Below, in pieces: positions 27,294-50,212 of a DNA stretch of 64,000 bases (its first letter is position 1; every line of letters starts with the position of its first letter). The DNA comes from Azolla caroliniana (Eukaryota > Plantae > Polypodiophyta), in contig JBHGNT010000014.1 in NCBI GenBank assembly GCA_043228905.1, positions 14,446,001-14,510,000 on the forward strand. The letters run 5' to 3'. Both the position numbers and the translations under genes were made by a program. Under the pieces are notes generated by a model. The model made no database searches. It was not told where the DNA came from and saw only the letters and a list, made by a program, of their open reading frames with translations.

Positions 27294-28433
27294 TCAAGAT
27301 GAGGCCATGGAAATTAGACTATATTGGGCTTGTATAAAGCCTTTAGTAAAACTCAAAGTACCATTGTTGCTGCTGCTAGATGAATTGTTATAATCTATGT
27401 GGAAGCTTTGGAGATCAAAGTAAAAGATTACATGATTTGTGGCATCTTCGTGAGCTGCCCAAAAGGCTATGACAAGTTCTTGGACCCAATTGTTAAGTAG
27501 GTTTTGTATCACCTCATCATGGATAACGACATAGCATTGGTTGTAAATATTGATGATGACGATCCCATTGTTATACTTATTCATGACTTTGCATTGATCT
27601 TTGATCAATCCACCATAATTACTCCTACCCTTACTATCACTACTAACCCTAGATCCCTTGGTAATGAATGTTTTCTCATTTTTTGATGGCCTCAATCCAA
27701 CTATTTCTATCAATCTCCTCAACCCATCAAATATGTGAACATTGTTGGAGGATATCAAATTAGCACCCATTAAATGACTATTATATCTGAATCGGCTATT
27801 CCGCGCCCCAGGAAAGATTCCCGAAAATGGCAAAGAGGACATTATCGGAGACAGAAGCATCACATTTGGTAATCTTTGCCTCCGGATCAAATGAATGGCA
27901 TTGAATTCCAATAGAATCCTTAATAACAATATGGTATCGGAGTAGTCATCAAGTATGATTGGCCCAACTGGAGTTTTAGAATGAGCTATAATCTCTTCCA
28001 CTTCTTCTTCCTCATCTTGTTCTTGTTCTTGTTCTTGTTCTTGACCTTGCTTTAGTTCAAGCTGGTCTTTTTGGTCTTGGTCTTGCTCTTGCTCTTGCTC
28101 TTCATCTTCCCCTTCTTTCTCCTCTAGCTCTTGCTCTCTAGTGAAAAGATGGAGTGTGAGGCGACCATTGCTTCGGTTAGCCCCAAAGTAGTGTTTACAT
28201 GGAGTACGAACCTCCTCGAGGATAAATCGCCCGTCTTTCCGATAGGGACGTAGAGTTATACAAAAGGAATCGGAGGTAGGATGTGGTGAATTGTTAGTAA
28301 GCTCGGGTAAGGAGTGAGAGAGAGGTGGTGGAAATGACTTCCATCCTCGAGAAGTGTAGCTCGATTGCCCCCATCGTCTAAGTGTTGACGATGGATCGAA
28401 CCCCTCCTCCAAATACTCATGTAGGGACTCCAT
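27294..28433 (-). CDS. FANTASTIC FOUR (FAF)-domain protein, ~379 aa, with E/Q-rich tract and long C-terminal extension
   Basis: Complete FAF domain KSFPPPLS...LRPYRKDGRFILEEVR...FGANRSNGRLTLHL. First ATG at 28433. ORF is uninterrupted. Confidence 0.85.
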   Translation of the reverse strand: MESLHEYLEEGFDPSSTLRRWGQSSYTSRGWKSFPPPLSHSLPELTNNSPHPTSDSFCITLRPYRKDGRFILEEVRTPCKHYFGANRSNGRLTLHLFTREQELEEKEGEDEEQEQEQDQDQKDQLELKQGQEQEQEQEQDEEEEVEEIIAHSKTPVGPIILDDYSDTILLLRILLEFNAIHLIRRQRLPNVMLLSPIMSSLPFSGIFPGARNSRFRYNSHLMGANLISSNNVHIFDGLRRLIEIVGLRPSKNEKTFITKGSRVSSDSKGRSNYGGLIKDQCKVMNKYNNGIVIINIYNQCYVVIHDEVIQNLLNNWVQELVIAFWAAHEDATNHVIFYFDLQSFHIDYNNSSSSSNNGTLSFTKGFIQAQYSLISMASS

Positions 28434-28799
28434 ATTCTTCACCAAAAATTATATCAAATGAAGCATTGGAGGGTCATTAGTAGTATGGTTATAGATTAAT
28501 GTATGTGTATGGAGTTAAGATACTATGCTAGTTGTGCTCACTATATTGAAGTAGCTTAAGCTAGTGCCTTAATGCTTGAGTGAAGCCTATGCTTTACTTG
28601 TATTGTGAGGTGAGGAAGCACTAGTTCGGTGACCTCTCACCAATACAATATATCTTGCAAATAAATATGAGCTTTATATGAGGCATGAGTATATATATGA
28701 CATTCACGCATGAGATGTCAGGACGTGTGCAAATGAGAGGTGTATGTGTATGTGCATGTGTAATTATGGATGTGTAGGTATGAATGCATTTATATGAGA

Positions 28800-28893
28800 G
28801 GTTTGTACACGTACTATGCAACATGTGCATGTGCATGTGTACGTGCACATGTGTATGTGTATGTGTATGTGTATGTCTAGACAACACGTGCAC

Positions 28894-28925
<32 letters not shown>

Positions 28926-29050
28926 CTAGACAACACGTGCACGTGCACGTGTGTATGTGTATGTATATGTACATGTATTTGTATATGTATATGTATATGT
29001 AGTGGAGCGGATGATATGTACATATGTATATGTATACATAAACATATACA
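28800..29050. repeat. Compound TG / TATG / TGTATG microsatellite upstream of the FAF gene
   Basis: Direct inspection. Confidence 0.85.
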
Positions 29051-30459
29051 TATGTAGTTATATGTGGGTGATATTTTTCCACCATTATGGTATCGAAACA
29101 TGACAAATGATGGGACGTAATAAATGTCATGGTATGTTGTTTCCTACACACACACACACACAATACTACATACATATTTCTTATCCTCTTGCTTTTGTGG
29201 CCTCCTTCTCATGAGGAAAAGCGTAAGACCCTCTCCTTGTATAGAACCTGAATCACCCACATGTTTACCCAATCCATATGCTATCGACAAACACCCTTCC
29301 TTTGCTACATTGCTCTTACATGATGTGATAAAGAAATCAAGATCTATTATGACCTTCATTGTCTTTTACCCACCTCGCTTTTACACCGCAAACATCACTC
29401 CGCCTCCTCCCTTCCTCAAATTAGTTCTGTTTCTTGAAGTTGATCACCTATACATCTTCAATGTTGCTTGACCTTGGAATATTTCTAGTAACTCCATGTC
29501 ATATTAAACACCATACTCCAACCATATGTACTCTTGGGTCTTCCAATAGTGTAAATGCATGTTTTCCACCACCGCTTTGGATTGAGCTTGCTAGAGAAGG
29601 TAATTTTCATTTATTAATTTCCAAAATGTCGAATTGCACATGACGGAATCAAATAGCCTTATATTTCTCATATAATTGAGAAAAATATACATGAATTACA
29701 TGTTCTAGAAAAGATGCAACATTCTTTAGTCTTTAAAGCTCCATATCTACTTTGCTAGGTAGTAGATGTAACAATTCTTACCGTCACAATTTGCTCTCAA
29801 AGAAGAACAATCAGATTTCATTTCTTACTAAATTACTAGGGTGCTGATTATGTTACACTCTAAATTTTTTGTGTATGTCCATTTAACACATACCATGTGT
29901 GTGTGTGTGTGCACAATAGGCAAGGTTTGGTGTGTGATTTGCAATTTGCAGTGATAAATTTACTTATAAGTAGCATTAATCCTCCATAAATTTCATTTCA
30001 CTATAATTACATCATATATTTGCCTCTAAGATTTAATTCTATTATTTGGGTATACTGATAATTTGTAGAGTCTACATCAATGTATCTTCTCTGAAAGACA
30101 TGTGCCTCTAAGATTTAATTTTATTATTTGGGCGGATTATAATGATTATTTGTAGAGTCTACATCAATGTATCTTCTCTGAAAGACATGCCTCATCTAAT
30201 TCATTACTGTCAACATGTATGAAATAGTTTATTTTGTGAACCTCATTTTCTGAATTTAATCATAGCCAGTGTTTGAAATTACAACTATTACTGCAAATGC
30301 ACGTGATAAAATAAACGAAAATTTGACTGTCTTAACTAATTATATCATTTTGTTTTAAGCACATAAGACTACCATGATGGCATGAGCTACAGGAAATGAA
30401 AAGGACAGACGATCACCACCACAAATGCTTATTTACAATTGATTGAGTAGCTAAAGAAA

Positions 30460-30725
30460 ACCTCACACTAAGAGTTATTTTGATTCCTAACAAAGACAAT
30501 CACTCTACTCACAAAAGTTATTTTTATTCAACTAGTGAAGAGAAGACAATAATTTATTTGCAGGAGTTACTTTCATTCAACTAGTGAAGGCAATCCTTTA
30601 CGCGCAAGAGTTATTTTCATCCAACTAGTGAAGTAAATCGTTTACTCGCAATAGTTATTTTCATTCAAATAGCGAAGAAAATCATTTACTCGCAATAGTT
30701 ATTTTCATTCAACTAGTGAAGATGA
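30460..30725. repeat. Minisatellite, ~43-bp unit x 5-6
   Basis: agttattttcattcaactagtgaag recurs at ~43-bp spacing. Confidence 0.8.
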
Positions 30726-31249
30726 TCAGTCTACTCCCTACCAGTATTTCCATTCAAAAATTCAAAATCAAAACCAATGCAAGTTCCATACTTCTAGTTT
30801 AGTAACAATTGTGTTCTAAATGGCAGAATATCATTAATGGTCATGACCTATTTTCACACTGCATGGAGCGTTAAATATGTGAACAGAGCACCAACTATCC
30901 CCATCAATGTAGCAAATAGAGTATGTGAAAAAGCTTGGAGTTGATGCTGTAGGTGGATGCAGCCATTAGACTAAGCATATGTATTAAAAAGACAACTGTA
31001 ATTCAATGAACAAACCACTGTTGTTTCTGTATTTGTGAAAATGACCATCCAGTCCCCCTCGTATCATGTTTCTAGTATAATAACACAGTTGCACACTACG
31101 CAGTATAAACTTATTACCTTCCCATTTGTGGCTCTGTTTGCTAGTTTATCAAATATTTATCCCACAGGTAAAGCATCCCCAGGCCCAGATGATCAGGCTA
31201 GGTTTGGTTGAATTCAAGAGATAAGTGCTGCAATGGAGTTTCGAATTCA

Positions 31250-32800
31250 ATTGAAAGTGAATTCCACATTCTCCATCAAGATGGGTGACTGCACAGATGA
31301 AAAGCCAAGGAAGTCTTTGAAGGGAGGAAGTGCCACAAATGTGGTATACATTGGCATATGGCCAAGGACATTCTGGTTAGCAATGAAGAATCCAAACATT
31401 CTGGTTCTGGCTGAGCCAAGCAGACTTCTGGACGGTTCAGTTAATAAATATTGTGCGAATTGCACCTTAGTGTCAGGTTTTATAGGGAGATTCCTTGCCT
31501 CTAGATAGAGGGTTGTCGGTGATGGGTGAGGAAGATAGTTCTAGAACATGAGAGGCAATCATGTTCTGACAGCCATCAGAGAGCTTCGATGTTCCGAAAA
31601 GGGGAATAGATCACTGTACGTGAAGACCCAAGAGGATAGAAATAAGTGCTTAGCAGATGCGCTGCGAGTTTCTCAAAACCTACAAAACCTACCCATCATA
31701 AGATAAAAGTGATATCCACATGAAAAGGTGGTAATCTGCCTAGTTTGTCTGCATTAATTGTATCGCCTCATATTGGTTAGGACTAGCTAAGTGCCCGCAA
31801 TGATTGAGGCTTGAAGGATACGCATGTGAAGAAACAGATGATAGTTTATCGAGATGGCCTCATGCAAGCTCAAAGGAGCAGACATTGGTAGTCTATGTCC
31901 CTTCATACTGCAGTCATGGAGTTTCACGTCAAACATGGAGAAGGTTCCATTAGAAACCTGCTGTAGGAGAAAACTTTATGCTCCACACAGCAAAAGAATT
32001 CCAATCAATTGTGGAATTTGATTCAGTCGGGAATGTGAAAGTTGATTAAGGTCTAGGTATCTTAGAAGAAAATTTGAGATATTGGAATGGAAGGGATCAC
32101 GCTAACTGCCAAACCAAAATGGAAATGGAGGATGAGTCGGAACTTGCACTAATATCCTTGTTGACCTTTAGGAGCCGATTATTTCAAGTTTAGGGGAGGA
32201 CGCAATGAAGGACTGATTCTATATGTCGGGGATGCTACAGCTAGGAAGTATTAGCTAGAATGCAACTTTTGCAGCCAGTGACGTTGATGGCTGAAAATTA
32301 AACCTATAGCGAAGGAAGGGGATGAAATTACCCTGCTGTATGTCTTGAAAGGTCAATGCTACTAGTCTCCACAAAGCAGAACTACCCGTGTACCAGATAC
32401 ATCCTCTTTTCGCTGTGGATATCAGGAGGATATATTCCTTGAGTGTGACTGCAGAAGATCTTAAACAGAATTAGAATGTTGCTTAAAGGGGATTTGCATT
32501 GCTTTTGCAAAAACATCCAATGCCACTTCATATGTCAATTCCTTGCCAATGACACGAAGTTCCAGAAATGTCTATCAATGGGTAAGTGTGTGGATCCCTT
32601 TAAGAAGGCCCTCGAACCTAATTGGATACCTCAGAATATCCAGATGGGAGAGTACTAGGGAGCAAAAGAGGAAGTAGGGAACGATGGAGTATCATGAGGC
32701 AAATATGCCTAAATGTAACAAGACTAGGGCAATTCAGCAGACCCCTAATGAAGCAAATAACACCCAGCAACCTGATGAATGCTTGAGAGTGTAAACACAA
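31250..32800 (+). mobile_element. Highly degraded retroelement remnant
   Basis: Zinc-knuckle-like CHKCGIHWHMAKD at ~31330 and LILYVGD (LYVDD-like) at ~32215. No intact frame. Confidence 0.35.
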
Positions 32801-33532
32801 CCAAAAGATCCCTAGACCGTTTTAAATGGGAGATGAGGTCACCAATTAATGCAGGACATGAATTTAAAGACAGCCTTACTCAGTTGAGCAAAGTAGTAGT
32901 TCAACCTTCGTTGTGTGTGTGTCTGCCCATAAGAGCACATTGTATCCTGTAATGACACTCATAGCTCTGCAATATAAGAATTTTCTGTTTCTTTTATTCG
33001 TCTTGGTTAAGTCAGCATGAAATTAAGCAGTTTCAACCATTCATTATTTGGAGCAATAATTCAAACACATCATTTGGTGAATCACTATTGTTTGGTCCAA
33101 TAACGATTGAGAAGTAATAATACAGATTGTAAAACATTTTTAGTGAGAGATGCATATAATCGCACGAGGTTTTCATTAAACACAAACAGATCAGTTTGAA
33201 GCATGACTTATGAAGGATGCAGCTCAAAAGCACTAATGTGTGAGTATATCGAAGCCTAACAGACTTCTCATTGTTCATACAACCCAGCTCTTCTATCAAA
33301 AGGACAAAAGCATCTGATTTAAAACAAAACCACCAAAAGAATGATTGCCATCATATAATGTCTTCAATCTAATATTTAAGTACAAGATAAATATCTATTC
33401 ACAAACATATTCACGGAATATATTGTTTCAGGTATACAAGATATAATGTATACAAAATAGATTAGAACTACCATTCATATCCTACAAGAACACAAACAAG
33501 ATGAAGTTGACACTTCAAATTTACTATACAAT

Positions 33533-44474
<10,942 letters not shown>

Positions 44475-45025
44475 ATCTGCAGGATGAGCTCAAACCTTCT
44501 GCAAACCAGGGATGTGCAAAAGACACAGCAACCGGTGGACAAAAACAAAGTACTCTGTGGAAAAAGAAAAAAGAAATTAAGCATGTGTGTTGGAAAGCAA
44601 GGAAGTATCTGTGGAACAGAAACACGTAAGTAAAAGAAAAGAAGCAACCTTTGTAATATCTGTGACGCAAAAAAACTGCGTAAGAGGAGGAATCACTCCG
44701 AAAGAATACCTATCTCATATAGGTTTACTTTGATCACGAGATTCTGTGGGACGCTGCAGTCTCGAGGGCTCTGCAGGCCCTAGGCTCTGCAGGCCCTAGC
44801 TGTGGAGAAGAAGAAATGCGTGGAGAAGGAAAAGGAATGCGTAGAAAGGAGAAGAAGCGAGCAGCGAGGGAAGGGATAAGAAACCTCTGTGGGAAGGGGA
44901 TAACAGATATGGACAGATCGCGAAGAAGAAGAAGAAGAAGAAGAAGAAGCCAGACGAGCTGAAGAAGAAGCTATGGTGAGTCTCTGCAAATCGTAGATGC
45001 GCAGGGGAAAGAAGGAAAGTCTCAC

Positions 45026-45205
45026 GTTTCCGGCGAAGGATCGCAGATGAAGGAGGAGAACGCAGCTGCATTGCAGACAGAGAAAGACAGAGACGATCTC
45101 GAAGGAAGAAGAAGACGAAGAAATGAGAAGAAGAAGGAAGAAGAAGCAGCAGAATGGAATTTGTCAAAGACTGCAGAGATTTTCCCATTATTTACATATA
45201 TAGCC
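45026..45205 (-). promoter_or_regulatory. Putative GRIK TATA box and CT-rich first (leader) exon
   Basis: Minus-strand ctatatatgtaaa at ~45203-45191, then a pyrimidine-rich leader, then donor AAC|GTGAGA at 45026/45025. Confidence 0.55.
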
Positions 45206-45322
45206 CCACCTCCCCGGGTCCTGAAATGTACATATATATATATATACACACACATTTCCACATATTTCTAAATGTGTCCCTTTCTCCTCCCCGGGCCTCC
45301 CCCACCCAATCAATGACTCCTC

Positions 45323-45393
45323 TCTTCTTCTTCTTCTTCTTCTTCTTCTTCTTCTTCTTCTTCTTCTTCTTCTTCTTCTTCTTCTTCTTCTTC
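45323..45393. repeat. (TTC)n microsatellite, ~23 units
   Basis: Direct inspection. Confidence 0.95.
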
Positions 45394-47188
45394 TGTTGTT
45401 TACTTGATTTCACACCATTGCTTGGTGATGGGATTACATACAAAGAAAGCTTTGACGCGCCCGCTAATAAGATTGCTCTTCGAGAACAAGAGAATCCCGC
45501 CACCCGAAGCTTCGAGCGCAGCATGTCCTGCCGGGAAGAAATCGACAGGGATAGAATGCCACTTTCCAGAACCTTCTGTATATGATATATATCGCTATGT
45601 GCACCAAAGGAAAGGAGGGCACGCACCCAACTTGGGTGGGGTTGCATCTTTGGGTTTTTGCTTCCCAAATGGTAGTTGATTCCATCTCTTTGCAAACTGT
45701 TTGGAATCGTTATGTACACAATTGGGCCACGCCCTACTCCTCCATACAACCTCTCACCAGAAAGAACATCTGGTCTGTCTACGATGCTTGTGGCTCCCCC
45801 CCGGTTGAAGAAAACCAATAATGGATATATGTTTACTTCGTTTTTCTCGAAAACCCGTTACTTTAAACCCTCGATGCAGTAATCACAAAGTAAACAAACC
45901 TATGCTTCGATGTGCTCCTTCTATCCCTAGCTCTCATTGTCGACATTCATTGAATGCTTGCTTCTTCTTCTTCTTGTCCTCCATACATGTATTTTTTTTC
46001 GGTGAGAGTTCCAAACAACAACAAGAGATGTGGGTGGGTGTGCATTCGTGTGTGCATGTGTAAGTGGGTGGTTGTGGGCTTTTGGACCTTCTTCGTCGCA
46101 ATTAACGTACGAATATGCGAAATACATAATCTTTCCTAAAAAACATTATTTATCAAGCTTTGTTATTTTAAGTGTTTCCAAGACGTGCCCTCCCCTCCCT
46201 CTCTTAATGTTTATCATCTTTTCCATTCAAAAGTCAATGAGGTTGCTTTCATTACTTTACCACATATGGTTGTGTTGTGACATTTGCCTTGAATTTATTT
46301 GCAATTCGCATGATGTCGTTTTCACTCATTGTTTCATGAGCAAATATTAATATTTTACTATATGGTATATTTAATGTTGTTGAGTCATTCCTTTCAAAGG
46401 TTGCTTTCGTTTTCACTCATTGTGTCATGCATGCATATTTTTCAGCATGTGATGTTTTAATGTTATCGAGTCATTCATTTAGAAGCATGTTGTGTACATG
46501 TATTATCTTAGAGAAAATGATAAGGCACCCTTATCATGTATTGACATGGACCCAAGTGTTGCAAATCACACAAAACTTACAGCTACATCCTCATCATATA
46601 TTTGATAATGTTTTGATAAGATGACTTCATGAATGTATAGGTTGGGGACATCCAAACTCCTTTATATTATAGTGCTTCAACATGTAAGTCTTGTGAGGCC
46701 CGTGGATAATCCGCCAAAACAAGAGTAATCATGTTGTCTACCCATAACTTAAAGTTGTAGCCTTTGGGCATTTTTAATACTACTGAAGAAAATCTTTCAA
46801 GGAAAAATATAATGCAAAATGCAAGCATGAAAGGAATACATGTCTGAATTTATTAAAGCAAACCACAAACCACATACAAAGAGGATTAATATAAGGCTTA
46901 TAGTACAAAGTCTCAATGTGTGAATAAGGCATACACATACGACCTCAACCTTCTAGATGTTCTCTTTAGTGTGACACTCAAAGTCTTCACCCCCTCTTAA
47001 TATGTCATCATAGCTTTCATGGATCACACTATATAGAAAGCATGTAAAAAGCAAGCGATTCTCATCCTCTGCTAGCTCTTCCTTTTAAACCTTACATGCC
47101 TTTATATTTGGTTGATTTTGATGTTAGAATACAACTTCGTTACCTAGGTTGTGTGATCGAGCGTGAAAGAGTGTTAAGGATATACGAG

Positions 47189-47585
47189 AGTTAATGCTCA
47201 TGTTAATAATGAAATAAGGTTAAAAACAATCAATAGACCTTCTTGCCTTGTATAGAACCCAACATTCATGATTGATTTTTGCAATGTCGTGTTCTAATGT
47301 TGTCCTTTTAGCCTAAATCTCAAGAATAATGAAGAGGCTAAAAATAAATAAATAAAGACCTGAATAGTTTTTTAAAATGTATTGACCAGTTAATGCTCAT
47401 GTTAGTAACGAAATAAGGTTAAAAACAATTAATAGACCTTCTTGCCTTGTATAGAACCCAACATTCATGATTGATTTTTGCAATGTAATGTTCTAATGTT
47501 GTCCTTTTGGCTTAAATCTCAAGAATAAGGAAGAGACTATAAAAAAACACAAAAATGACCCGAATAGTCTTTTAAAATGTATTCA
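47189..47585. repeat. Tandem duplication, ~199-bp unit x2
   Basis: agttaatgctcatgtta...ttttaaaatgtatt at 47189 and 47388. Confidence 0.9.
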
Positions 47586-48135
47586 CCCTTTTCAAAGTAG
47601 TGTAGCCCCAAGGCTTTAGTTTCTACTAGTTTTTCGTCTCATGCCTTCTTTTCTTGCACCTAGACTTGCACCCTTGGTACAAATGCCCATATCATTGTCG
47701 AGCCATGAAAAATATGATAGGTACATAACATTCCCCCTAACCTAGTGATTGCACAATCATGGGTGCACTATGTAAAATGCTACTTTGTAGGCTCTAGTAT
47801 GCTAGGTCAAATTAAGGGTGGACCCTAGTTGAGAGGTGGATGTCATTAAAGGTGGGGATGGAGTGGAATGTATGGAAGGCATTGTTGTTGGAGGGATTAA
47901 TGGGAGGGCGAAAAGAGGATGAGGGAGGTTGTTGCGGGTGGGGATTTGATATCCCTACCAACGACACCATATTTTATATGGCGCTTCTAGGTGTGTTGCA
48001 TTGAGTCCACATCTTTCTTTCGGTCAGAGTTCTATGCCCTTGATGAGGTAGTGTGTTGGGGCGAAACAAGCAAGATTGATTATTCAAAACTTTTACACTA
48101 CTCACACACAAATAATATGATTTATGCAAACTCTT

Positions 48136-48441
48136 TGTTGGCATAAAAGGCTGACTCGTTCCACTTTGTATCCTTAGTGTGAACACAATCTCTAGTTAGG
48201 GCTTGAGTATATAAGCTCAAACCTAACATTCTAAAGAACTCTTGGAGTGAAAAGAGAAAAGGGTTACAGACAAGAGAATGTTAGAGAACTTCCATTGAAG
48301 CTTAATCTGTGTCTATCGTTTATCTTTCTTGTTTGTTGTTGTTGCATATCTGTGTTGTTTGTTGTACACATTTTAACTTGCAGGTCCTCATACACTCTTC
48401 CACATTCATCTAACATATCATATCTACAAGTGGTATCAGAG
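48136..48441 (+). mobile_element. 5' LTR (48136-48428) plus tRNA-iMet PBS (48431-48441), same family as solo LTR 2997-3262
   Basis: TGTTGGCATAAAAGG...TCTACA, then AG, then TGGTATCAGAG. Confidence 0.85.
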
Positions 48442-48514
48442 TGACCTTGTTGTCCAGTGACGACGAATACCATAAAAGCTAACAAGAGAAGTCATCTAGC
48501 CGAGAGAAAAAGAC

Positions 48515-49400
48515 ACGAGGGCAAGAATACTGTGTGTTGTGAGTGAGAGCGAAGATAGAAGAAAACGATGCTACAGAGAACAATGTTGTGCAAGAAGACC
48601 TTGTTGGTGTAGTTACACCCGAGACCGATTAGTCTGGATTGATGGCTTGCAGCAGGTCAGGTTCTACTGTTCTGTGATTTATTTCTCTGTATTTGTGGTT
48701 CTTACTATTTCTGTTCCATCCACTGAGAAAGAAAGAAAGAAATATTAACGTCTTTTAAGAGGCCAAAATGGCCTATAAGGCCAAACAAGAGATTACATCT
48801 TAAGTGTTCTCTCGTCTTTGAGAACAAAAAAAGAAGAAGAAGAAGTAAACAATACTCCGTAAATATAAAAGTATATAAGATAAAAAGAGACGAAGACCGA
48901 TTTCCAAGGCTGGGGCCTTGAAGTATTTTGGATATTCCCTTAGTGATCTAGGGAAGTTGTGAACATCTGTACACTCTGTCACTTGAAGTATTTTGGGTAT
49001 TCCCCTAGTAATTTAGGGAGGTTGTAAACATCTATACACTCTGTCATAATGAAGTATTTTGGGTATTCCCCTAGTGATCTAGGAAGGTTGTAAACATCTG
49101 TATACTCTGCCATTGTGAAGTTTTGGCACCCTGAGGGTCCCATGGTTTTCCCTGTTTTAGGGGTTTTCCGTTTATATTCTGTTTTGTTTGGTTATTGTCT
49201 GTGTGATCAATCCCGATCCTAAACACATCATAGAGTTATCAGTTTAACAAAATACAAGAATGTTAAAAATGAATTTGAGGAAAAGTTCACATAAATGGAA
49301 TGCAAAAACAAATGGTAAAGAAGTTTACGCGCATGAGATAATGCTATGCAGGTGGAATTTTATAACAAACTTGAGGGTGAGAGTCTCTTCTGAATTTAAC
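48515..49400 (+). repeat. Direct copy of 38043-38800 (Copia LTR 3' part plus adjacent GRIK intron), with an internal ~65-bp triplication
   Basis: Near-identical ORFs 38652-38915 and 49260-49460. Similarity continues ~180 bp past the LTR end. Confidence 0.92.
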
Positions 49401-50090
49401 TTGAGGGTGTCGACGAGGCCGACCCGAGAAAAGTCGTTAGCATACTGTTCGGGTTTGTAAATGGATGATAAGCCGAATTTGATTGATGAAGTTGCAAAAT
49501 ACGCCCTCGTGCCGTTGAATTTGTCGGGTAGGCTAACGGTTGGTTCGAGGACATATGGATGGGAAGAGGAAGTGGTTGGGCTAGGTGCCGATGGTGGTTG
49601 TGGCTCAATGTGTGGTGGGTTTCTTGATGTGATGGATTGAAGCTCCCGTAATGATTCCCTAAGGATTTCATTTTCGAGTTGAAGTTGTTGCAAGGCTGCC
49701 ATTACTTGGTTTAGGTTGTCGACGGAGTCGGACATGGTAGCAAGAAGAGGAAGATGAACAAACTGTGAAGGACGAGTATAATAGAGTAGAACCGAGACGA
49801 GACTAAGAACTAGGAGAGACAAAAAGAACAAGAACTTGACCTATGATTCCGTAACTGGTGTTGTTCACCTTGATTAGAATCAAGGTGCACCTGAGTATTT
49901 ATACAAGAAGGTAGAGATATGTATGTTAGCTAGGAATAGAGAATGCATGAAGATCCATGCAAGCTAGGAATAGAGAATGCTTGTATGCAAGCTAGGAAAA
50001 GAGAATGCATGTAAGCAAGCTAGGAATAGAGAATGCATGTAAGCAAGCTAGGAATAGAGAATGCGTGCAAGCTAGGAACTTCCAATGTTC
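49400..50090 (-). mobile_element. Truncated Ty3/Gypsy (Tcn1/Tf1-like): 5' LTR (~50090-49764) and gag N-terminus (ATG 49735)
   Basis: MSDSVDNLNQVMAALQQLQLEN...EPTVSLPDKFNGTR. TATAAATA at 49903-49896. ~28-bp tandem repeats at 49927-50080 in U3. Confidence 0.8.
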
Positions 50091-50134
50091 AATCTACCAT
50101 ACATGAAGTTGGATTTTAATACAAGGATGCATAG

Positions 50135-50212
50135 ATGGATGTAACTTAGTTGGTAGGGTTGCCAAATGGAGACCAGGAGGTCTTAGGGGTTCAATCCCTA
50201 CCTTCCACCGTG
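50135..50212 (+). mobile_element. tRNA-derived SINE-like head, same family as 16941
   Basis: tggatgtaacttagttggtagggttgccaaatggagaccaggaggtc...ggttcaatccctaccttcca. Confidence 0.7.

Noticed and set aside
28621-29175. 184-aa His/Ile/Thr-rich ORF and overlapping ORFs
   Set aside because: Translation of TG/TATG microsatellite.
30460-30725. Conserved ~25-bp core with variable ~18-bp intervals (CRISPR-like look)
   Set aside because: The intervening parts are related to each other, so this is a degenerate minisatellite.
44972-44982. Plus-strand ATG followed by GTGAGT, suggesting a gene antisense to GRIK
   Set aside because: No downstream exons with coding signal were found.
45154-45818. Poly-Phe and poly-Lys ORFs (143 and 208 aa)
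   Set aside because: Frames held open by the (TTC)n tract in the GRIK promoter region, with no recognisable domain.
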